A stretch of 40,000 bases of DNA, from NCBI RefSeq assembly GCF_042682325.1, contig NZ_JBHUHI010000001.1:3523622-3563621 (forward strand). The letters run 5' to 3'. The DNA is from Paraburkholderia solisilvae (lineage in GTDB: Bacteria > Pseudomonadota > Gammaproteobacteria > Burkholderiales > Burkholderiaceae). A model generated the notes under the pieces. That model was not told where the DNA came from. It made no database searches and was given only the letters and a program-made list of their open reading frames with translations. A program made the position numbers and the translations under genes. The number at the start of each line of letters is the position of its first letter. The first letter of the stretch is position 1. Positions 33,460 through 40,000 of this stretch are shown here, one piece after another.

Positions 33460-33894
33460 GTAGGGCCCCGGTTTGGACGAGGCAAGTTCGATGCTGGATT
33501 GCCTCCTTAAATTCCGATCATGTTACAAGGTGTCGCTCGATTCTGGTGCAGGAACTATCGGGCGAGAGATGAGCGTGCTGTTGTGTTGCTTTGCGCGTCT
33601 CTGCGTTCCGCCGTCGGGTTCGCGGACTGTCCCCGCGCCTCCCGCTGAGCCGCGGTCATTTGGCTTTGCTCCCTGACGTCTCCGGCTCTTGCAGGCCCGC
33701 ACGCTCCGCTTGCCGGCGCGGATAGCAGAGAGGAGGGGGGGGCTTGCTGTTTCCTTCGCCGTATCACGGCATACTCGCCGTCAAGGGCTGCGCGTGCGAG
33801 CACGCTGGCAGCCCGTGGCTGACCCGTGACGGCTTGCGTTGCGCCGTGCTGGCGACGGTTCCGGGCAATTCCGCCCGTGCAACCGGAGATCGCC

Positions 33895-34025
33895 ATGAGC
33901 GTACTCATCACTTGACGAACAACGATTCCTGATGCTGGCCAATGGCCGTAAATCACTCCAGACTCCGGACTTTAATCCGGTGCCCGTGGTCATGTTGTTC
34001 ACGCCGGACGCCGGCGCGAGCTGGC
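33895..34025 (+). pseudogene. DUF2958 (ICE-associated) gene remnant, frameshifted and 3'-truncated
   Basis: MSVLIT (frame 1), then after a 1-nt shift LDEQRFLMLANGRKSLQTPDFNPVPVVMLFTPDAGASWLL. Similarity to the family ends where the AT-rich DNA begins. Confidence 0.6.
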
Positions 34026-34093
34026 TGCTGCACGAGAAGCTGCGTCATGTTCTTTGCCGATCGCTGCTTGGCTTGAGAGCCTCAATTGCCAAG

Positions 34094-35341
34094 TTAGTTA
34101 ATTTTTTCAAAATATTCACGGATCAGGTCATCATTTTTGAAATACGAATCGAGAACTTGAAGTAGGAACAGATCCCCGCCAATATTTATGTTGAACGGGA
34201 TAGTCGAGTTATCTATTTTGAACGTTTTTATTTTTCTATGCCCTTTGATGTTGGCATCACTCAATCTTTCTTGGTACCTATCCAGCGTATATACGATGAA
34301 TTCGTGATCCAAGTGATTTATAAAAAAATCATCATCTTTTGATCTGTATTCAAGATGGATGACTTGCGTGACGATGCCGTCGCCTACCACCTCAAAATCC
34401 TCCATCAATTCTTCAAAAGTCAAACTTTGCTTCTCTGCGTCATGGCGAATCCACAGATTGTTCTCGTATCTATCAGTGGAGTAGAACTTTGACAATTTAG
34501 GTAGGGAAGATATTTTCAACCGCAACGGAGCGCCAAACTCCATCTCCTCCATTGCAGGGGTATACTCGGATACATAATCAATTCTGAATGCTATTTCGGA
34601 CAGCATTCCTTTTTCAATGAGTTCCTCTATAGAGGTAAGCAGCTTCCTTGGGACGTTAATCCAGAAATGTTGCCCTATGCGCTCATCGCGTATTGTCTGG
34701 CTATCCTTGTCGTTGAATATCTGAATATTCTCGTTCAGGCTAACAAGGCTGTATTTGGAGAATTGAGCATCCTCCTTTCCTATGTCAATGCCAATTTTCT
34801 CGTACTCACTTTCAACAACCTTGGAATACTTTAGCTCCAGCATCTCAGTCCTCCCCTTGATTGATTGGTGCTTCGAATAAAGAATGCAACCAATACGGTA
34901 ATTTACGTAATTTTCTCTTATGTACGAGGAGCCATCTTCGTCATGGATGTTCTTGTAAGAGTTATTGAGAATTTCCAGCACCCCCGGATACTCATCGAGA
35001 TAATTATTTAGGCCACCTATTAGCTGCTGAACCGTCTTTACGGCCAACCGCTTGTCCACTAGATCAAGCTGCGGCATATAAAACATGGCCGCGTTTGGAT
35101 GGTCGCGCTTGGCTTCAAATTCTTTCAGAACGGCTGCCTTCTCATTCATGCAGCCCTCCGTGTAAGCACGCATTACGTCTGCTTGAAAGCTCTCATTTGC
35201 CAGCGAGGTTTCGATGAGGGGAAGCAATTTCTTGATAAAGATCGGATCTTTATCAAGAAAGGCATAGGAAAACTTCCCCAGGCTGAATTTCTCGATTTTT
35301 TCCGAAGACAATCCATTGATTTCTTCAAAGATGTTTTTCAT
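34094..35341 (-). CDS. Hypothetical protein (415 aa) in a strongly AT-rich insert
   Basis: Uninterrupted ORF with K/N/I/E/Y/F-rich composition, contrasting with the GC-rich flanks. No motif recognised. Confidence 0.8.
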   Translation of the reverse strand: MKNIFEEINGLSSEKIEKFSLGKFSYAFLDKDPIFIKKLLPLIETSLANESFQADVMRAYTEGCMNEKAAVLKEFEAKRDHPNAAMFYMPQLDLVDKRLAVKTVQQLIGGLNNYLDEYPGVLEILNNSYKNIHDEDGSSYIRENYVNYRIGCILYSKHQSIKGRTEMLELKYSKVVESEYEKIGIDIGKEDAQFSKYSLVSLNENIQIFNDKDSQTIRDERIGQHFWINVPRKLLTSIEELIEKGMLSEIAFRIDYVSEYTPAMEEMEFGAPLRLKISSLPKLSKFYSTDRYENNLWIRHDAEKQSLTFEELMEDFEVVGDGIVTQVIHLEYRSKDDDFFINHLDHEFIVYTLDRYQERLSDANIKGHRKIKTFKIDNSTIPFNINIGGDLFLLQVLDSYFKNDDLIREYFEKIN

Positions 35342-35438
35342 ATTTCTATCCTCAACTAACCGTATGCCAAATAATAAGCGACGGAACCTTGGGCGTCTCC
35401 ACTTCGTGGATCGCGCTGCTCTAGGTTCGCTGTCTGCT

Positions 35439-36051
35439 CATCCCTGGCGGAACTGGCGTTCGCCAGCCTTCCACATCCGCCGCGACCTGTTCGCCGAAGG
35501 CGATGCCGGAACCTACCTGACCGATGCCGCGCTGCTGGAAACGCTGGTGCGCGGCAAGCTGGATGCGCAGGCCGAGGACGTGCGCGCCGAGGGCTGGGCG
35601 TGGGTGGAAGCCGTACCGCACATGAGCCACGCCGACCGCCAGACGTTCCAGAACGCGCCGCGCCAGCGCCGCGAACCGAACGTCCGCGAAGCCCGCCGCA
35701 TCGCGTCCCTGCAAACCCGCCTCGACAAGCTCGATGCCGAACTCGAAGAAGCCTACGACGCCGAGAACGAGGACAAGACCGAGGCGCTGGAACCGCGCCG
35801 CGAGCAGGTGGTCGAGGAACTGCAAGCCATCGAGGAAGGCTTGCGTGACTACGCCCCGGACGTGCGCGCCGTGGCCGGTGCCATCGTCACGCTCGACCGC
35901 GAAGGCGAGGCCGTGATTCATCGCGGTCTGCTGCGCGAGGCCGAGGCCAAGGCACTGCGGACGCTGGAAAAGCTGCGGCAGGGTTTCGGCGCAGGCGATG
36001 GCGCGAACGACGAGGAAGGCCACGACGACGAAGCGCCCAAGGCCGCAAGCC
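35439..36051 (+). pseudogene. ICE-type ParB-like protein, internal fragment
   Basis: HPWRNWRSPAFHIRRDLFAEGDAGTYLTDAALLETLVRGKLDAQAEDVRAEGWAWVEAVP...REPNVREARRIASLQ...IVTLDREGEAVIHRGLLREAEAKALRTLEKLRQGFG. It lacks both the ParB N-domain and the C-terminal half. Confidence 0.7.
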
Positions 36052-36365
36052 TGGCGCACCCGCGCCTGCGGCCGATGCCGCGCGATCACGCACGGCGCGG
36101 GCACCAGCCGCGACCCGCTCGCCGGCGGCCTGTGCGCCGCTGCGCGCGACGTTGGCCATACCAGCACCGAAAGCACGCGCGCCGGTCGCGCCCGATGCGG
36201 TCGCACCGGCGCGATATGCCGACGCGGCGCCGCTGGCCGCGCGTGCCGTGCCGACCGCACCGCGCGCTGCAAGGCGTGCGCCGGCCGCGACTGCCGCACC
36301 GCCGGTGGCCACGGCTGCGCCGCCAGCGACAGCAAGGCCCGCTACGCCCAGCGCCGTACCGGCGG
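36052..36365 (-). pseudogene. TrbL/VirB6-like Gly/Ala-rich C-terminal fragment (inverted relative to trbG/trbI)
   Basis: The minus frame reads GVAGLAVAGGAAVATGGAAVAAGARLAARGAVGTARAASGAASAYRAGATASGATGARAFGAGMANVARSGAQAAGERV, like the low-complexity tail of ICE TrbL proteins. Low complexity makes this tentative. Confidence 0.35.
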
Positions 36366-36575
36366 CAGTTCCAGCACGTCGTCGATGTCGTCGAACGGAA
36401 TGGCCGACAGGACCGGCCCGAAGATCTCTTCGCGAGCAATGGTCATGTCGTCGGTGACGCCGGCGAAGACCGTGGGCGGCACAAAATAGCCGTCGCCAAG
36501 GTTGCCCTCGGTGGCGCGGCTGCCGCCTACAAGCGTCTTCGCCCCTTCTCGGGCACCTGCGTTCAGGTACCCGAA
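36366..36575 (-). pseudogene. Aldehyde dehydrogenase family fragment (~70 codons)
   Basis: The minus frame reads GYLNAGAREGAKTLVGGSRATEGNLGDGYFVPPTVFAGVTDDMTIAREEIFGPVLSAIPFDDIDDVLEL, which carries the EEIFGPV motif and the GY-x-x-G-x-x-EGAK-L-GG context. Confidence 0.65.
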
Positions 36576-36963
36576 GGATCAGATGCTGGCGTTGAAGGTT
36601 CAGGCACAGGCCGCCGATGCCGCAGCGCCCGCCGCTTCGGGCCTGTCGCTCGACCAGTTGCATTTCCGCTATGCGATCACGGGCGACAGCCCGCCGTGGA
36701 AGCCGGTGCGCGCGTTCGACGATGGGCAGCATGTCTATATCCAGTTTCCCGCCGGCATCGCACAGGGCGAATTGCCGCCGCTGTTCGTGGTCGGGCCGGA
36801 TGGCAAGGGCGAGCTAGTGAACTATCGTTTCCACGCCCCTTACGACATCGTGGATCGCCTGTTCGGTGCGGCCGAGCTGCGCCTCGGTGGTGACAAGGCG
36901 GCGGTGGTACGCATCGAGCGTACCGATGGCGTCGCTGCGGGAGCTGGTCATGGGCACGACTGA
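36574..36963 (+). pseudogene. trbG: TrbG/VirB9 C-terminal fragment (5'-truncated)
   Basis: LHFRYAITGDSPPWKPVRAFDDGQHVYIQFPAGIAQGELPPLFVVGPDGKGELVNYRFHAPYDIVDRLFGAAELRLGG. The N-terminal two-thirds are absent. Confidence 0.75.
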
Positions 36964-38242
36964 CCACGAAGCCCAGCCCGCTCCGAAGGTCGCCCCGGAG
37001 GGCATTGCGTTGCGTGCAGCACCGCGCGCGGTAACGCGGCTCAACCGCCGCACGCTGGCCGTCTCCGCCTCGCTGCTCGCGGTGGCCGTGGCCGGCGCGT
37101 CGATGTGGGCGCTGCAATCGAAGGGCCGGCGTGGTTCGGGCGATCAGACGAACCTCTACAACGTCGATCGGATCGCCAAAGTCGACGACCTCGACCAGTT
37201 GCCGGCTGACTACTCGAAGCTGCCGGCGAAACCCGCTCTGGCATCGCCGGCCAGCGTGCCGCAGCTCGGGCCGCCGTTGCCCGGCGACTGGGGTGCAGCG
37301 TCGGCGATGCCGCCGCTACCGGGTGGCAACGTCAATCCGCGGCCATCGGCTGAGAACATCGACCGGCAGCGCCAGGCCGACGAGACTGCACGCTCGGCGG
37401 TGTTCTTCCACACCGGCAGCGATGCCGGCAAGCCGGATGTGGGTTCCACGTCTGCGGGCACCACGCCGACGGCCAATGCCGCGGCCGGCGCGTTCAATCC
37501 GATGGGTGCCGGGCCGGCATCCACGGCCGCGCAGCCCAACGACCCGACGGCAATCCAGAACCGGCAGGACCAGAAAGAAGCGTTCATGACAAAAGGCGGT
37601 GATGCTGCGACCAGTAACACCGGCAGCTTGCAGGCACCGGCCTTGCCGTACACGGTGATGGCCGGCACGATCATTCCTGCCGCGTTGGTGACGGGTATCA
37701 ATTCCGACCTGCCGGGAGAGATCATCGCCGAGGTCACGCAGCCCGTGTACGACACGGCAACCGGCCACTATCTGCTGATCCCGCAGGGTTCGCGCCTGAT
37801 CGGCCGCTACGACAGCCAGGTTGCGTTCGGGCAGCAGCGAGTGCTGCTGCTATGGCTGCGTCTGGTGCTACCCGATACCTCGTCGATCGCCCTCGATAAG
37901 CTGCCCGGTATCGACCCGGCCGGTTACGCGGGTCGGGAGGACGGTGTTGACTGGCACTGGGGCCGCATTCTGACGGGGGCTGTGCTGTCTACGATGCTCG
38001 GCGTCGGCTCCGAGCTGGCCGTCTCGAATCAGGGCAGCGCCAACGGCAATACGGTCATCGCGCTGCGAGATAGCTCGCAGGACACGGCCAATCAGGTCGG
38101 ACAGGAAATCACGCGCCGCGACCTGAGCATCCAACCAACGCTGACTGTGCGGCCGGGGTTTCAGGTCAACGTGATGGTGAACAAGGATATGGTGCTGCGG
38201 CCGTATCAGCCGCTCTTTGTACAGCGGGGGCCCATGCCATGA
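36950..38242 (+). CDS. trbI: Conjugal transfer protein TrbI/VirB10
   Basis: GGGAG lies 7 nt upstream of ATG 36950. KVAPEGIALRAAPRAVTRLNRRTLAV (TM), a Pro-rich linker, then YTVMAGTIIPAALVTGINSDLPGEIIAEVTQPVYD...LIPQGSRLIGRYDS...IDPAGYAGRED. Confidence 0.9.
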   Translation: MGTTDHEAQPAPKVAPEGIALRAAPRAVTRLNRRTLAVSASLLAVAVAGASMWALQSKGRRGSGDQTNLYNVDRIAKVDDLDQLPADYSKLPAKPALASPASVPQLGPPLPGDWGAASAMPPLPGGNVNPRPSAENIDRQRQADETARSAVFFHTGSDAGKPDVGSTSAGTTPTANAAAGAFNPMGAGPASTAAQPNDPTAIQNRQDQKEAFMTKGGDAATSNTGSLQAPALPYTVMAGTIIPAALVTGINSDLPGEIIAEVTQPVYDTATGHYLLIPQGSRLIGRYDSQVAFGQQRVLLLWLRLVLPDTSSIALDKLPGIDPAGYAGREDGVDWHWGRILTGAVLSTMLGVGSELAVSNQGSANGNTVIALRDSSQDTANQVGQEITRRDLSIQPTLTVRPGFQVNVMVNKDMVLRPYQPLFVQRGPMP

Positions 38243-38460
38243 GCACGACGCGCAAGCTGCGGCTGGGACCGCTACCGAAAACCGAGAACGTCAAGCTAGC
38301 GTTCACATGCTCGGTTGGCTTGAAAGCCGATTTGGACCGCTACGCCGCATTGCACGCGCAGACCTACGGCGAAGCGGTTGATGCGACGACTCTGATACCG
38401 TACATGCTGGAAACGTTCATGGCACGAGACCGGGGATTCAGACAGAAAGTGACGGGGTGA
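38239..38460 (+). CDS. DUF2274 protein (typically follows trbI in ICEs)
   Basis: MSTTRKLRLGPLPKTENVKLAFTCSVGLKADLDRYAALHAQTYGEAVDATTLIPYMLETFMARDRGF. ATGA overlap with trbI. Confidence 0.75.
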   Translation: MSTTRKLRLGPLPKTENVKLAFTCSVGLKADLDRYAALHAQTYGEAVDATTLIPYMLETFMARDRGFRQKVTG

Positions 38461-38554
38461 GGGATTGGCGTAAGGCCCTCGCCGACGCCGTTTCATCTAA
38501 AATCTTGCAAGAAGAAGGAGCGCAAACCAAGCGGAAGACAAGGATTTCGAGCAC

Positions 38555-39493
38555 ATGGTGACCAATTCCTCAGAGCGCATCACGATCAGCACGATTGATT
38601 GGTCAAAGCCCGTTGTCGAGTGGAAATCGACCTTGGCGGATTTTGGTCGTCGTCGGCACCTGAGCTATACGATGGACTTTGACTCTCGGGCTCATGTTTT
38701 TGATGAGCCCGGTGAGGGGTGGACGGAGGAGGCCAAGCGTCTCCATATGGAGAATCGGGAACGGACAAAGATTGGTCTTGTTCGGGAGTTCGGGGAGATT
38801 TTTTCCGAGAAAAATATCGAGAACTTTGTTGCCATAGGTACCAAGCCGTTCTCCGTCCTTGCCTATCATAATCACTTCTTCGACCAAGTACGACGCGCAT
38901 TTGTCATTGGCGCGTACTACCCGGCGCTTGTAGGCGCCTGCGCGCTTGGCGAGCGAATCTTGAATCACCTCGTTCTAGATTTGAGAGACTTCTACAAGAG
39001 CACGCCGGAATACAGAAAGGTTTTCCGGAAAGGCTCCTTCGATAATTGGCAGGTGCCAATCGACACATTGGAAGCATGGAACGTCCTGCAACCGAAAGCT
39101 GTAACGGAGTTTCGCGCGCTCATGGAACTCAGGCACAGGTCGATCCACTTCAATGTTGGAACCTACGCCACATTGAAAGAAGACGCGCTCTCTGCGATCC
39201 ATCACATGCGAGAAATAATCGATCAGCAATTCACGGCATTCGGCGACAGGCCGTGGTTCATCACGGGGACGAGAGGTCATCTTTTCATCAAGCGTGAGTG
39301 GGAGGAGAACCCTTTCATCAAGACCTACTACTTGCCGAGCTGTCCGTTTGTTGGGCCTTACTTTGCGATCTCTTTTGACCAAGGGCTGCAATTCCATGAC
39401 CACCATGACTATGGTGACGGTCATTGGTCGGATGACGAGTTCGCAGCGGTGTTTGAGGCTAGATCGTTGGACCAGTTAGCCAAGGCAGAATAG
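38555..39493 (+). CDS. HEPN/DUF4145-like protein (312 aa)
   Basis: FFDQVRRAFVIGAYYPALVGACALGERILNHLVLDL ... VTEFRALMELRHRSIHF (R-HRSI-H, i.e. Rx4H). The N- and C-terminal regions are unassigned. Confidence 0.8.
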   Translation: MVTNSSERITISTIDWSKPVVEWKSTLADFGRRRHLSYTMDFDSRAHVFDEPGEGWTEEAKRLHMENRERTKIGLVREFGEIFSEKNIENFVAIGTKPFSVLAYHNHFFDQVRRAFVIGAYYPALVGACALGERILNHLVLDLRDFYKSTPEYRKVFRKGSFDNWQVPIDTLEAWNVLQPKAVTEFRALMELRHRSIHFNVGTYATLKEDALSAIHHMREIIDQQFTAFGDRPWFITGTRGHLFIKREWEENPFIKTYYLPSCPFVGPYFAISFDQGLQFHDHHDYGDGHWSDDEFAAVFEARSLDQLAKAE

Positions 39494-39646
39494 GGGACTT
39501 CTAACAGCTTTGCGGGTGGGCTGTTCCAGTACTGAAGACGCCGCCTGGCTTTTTCCTACTACCCAACCGGGTGTTCGAAGGTTGCGATGCTATTCGCGAG
39601 AGACCGTCGAGCGCGAAGAACTGCAACTCTAGGCCGACAGGGAAAG

Positions 39647-40000
39647 ATGACTATGGAAAAGACGCAACCCGAGGGTGATGACCCTGGCGTCCGTGATCAA
39701 CAGGGAACGAGTACGGCGTCTAGCGGGCCCGCTGGAGCACACTTTGAAGGGCAGGTTGCCGCATTTTATCTGCTTGCAATGCTCTGTGGCGCACCGCCAC
39801 GCGGCCTTCCCGGCACAACGATCGATCGAATTGCCCTTCAACAAGCAAACACCGGGCGACCTCTCGACGACGTGATCGTCCATGCAATCGATGGTTTCGG
39901 CAAACCTGCTGTACTGGAGATACAGGTCAAACGGACGATCACGTTTACCCCGGCGGACCCGGTGTTCCGAAAAGTTGTAGGTCAGATTGTGGAGGCCGTG
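39647..40000 (+). CDS. Partial CDS (runs off-window): N-terminal DUF4297/Cap4-type nuclease-like domain
   Basis: AGGGAAAG lies upstream of the ATG. GAHFEGQVAAFYLLAMLCG...LDDVIVHAIDGFGKPAVLEIQVKRTITF shows the D...E-x-Q-x-K pattern. It is not in the ORF track because there is no stop within the window. Confidence 0.65.
   Translation, partial: MTMEKTQPEGDDPGVRDQQGTSTASSGPAGAHFEGQVAAFYLLAMLCGAPPRGLPGTTIDRIALQQANTGRPLDDVIVHAIDGFGKPAVLEIQVKRTITFTPADPVFRKVVGQIVEAV

Noticed and set aside
33555-33956. 133-aa minus-strand ORF between gajA and the DUF2958 remnant
   Set aside because: The product is R/A/S-rich nonsense in GC-rich ICE non-coding DNA, and it overlaps the recognisable DUF2958 N-terminus on the other strand.
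35316-36893. 525-aa plus ORF, with 304-aa and 281-aa minus ORFs
   Set aside because: These are chimeric read-throughs across juxtaposed fragments (AT-rich DNA, parB', inverted trbL' and aldh', trbG'). Only sub-segments show family-like sequence.
22899-39493. Possible paralogy of the two 312-aa HEPN-like proteins (22899..23837 and 38555..39493)
   Set aside because: Apart from the Rx4H-type motif, the two sequences do not align by eye, so the equal length appears coincidental.
1-40000. CRISPR arrays, rRNA genes, tRNA genes
   Set aside because: No regularly spaced direct repeats with unique spacers and no rRNA- or tRNA-like sequences were noticed on either strand.

Overview
High-GC mosaic of mobile-element remnants and accessory (mostly conflict-type) cargo. 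Composition and protein flavour suggest a betaproteobacterium; that is inference only. Left part: a truncated tyrosine recombinase, a complete IS3-family IS, two tandem small basic paralogs, and a translationally coupled replication module ending in a DnaB-type helicase. Middle part is a long run of accessory genes: a NucS/DUF91-like nuclease, a serine recombinase plus a decayed paralog, and a PIN-like two-gene cassette bracketed by 24-bp direct repeats. It also holds a RecA-fold ATPase, a SLATT-like 2TM protein, several toxin-antitoxin pairs and fragments, and an antitoxin-like fusion coupled to an HNH nuclease. Further along are a SieB-like membrane protein operon containing a gene with an in-frame amber codon, a KAP P-loop NTPase, an HEPN-like/Zn-ribbon protein and a PD-(D/E)xK-like protein. 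Right part looks like a decayed ICE now acting as a defence island. It carries a DUF4102-type integrase preceded by repeated arm-like motifs, higBA, alpA, and an AT-rich Gabija-like OLD nuclease + UvrD helicase. These are followed by an AT-rich orphan gene, scrambled fragments (DUF2958', parB', trbL', aldh', trbG'), intact trbI and DUF2274, a second HEPN-like protein and a partial nuclease-like gene. No rRNA, tRNA or CRISPR array was seen. All family assignments come from motif recognition by eye, not from searches.
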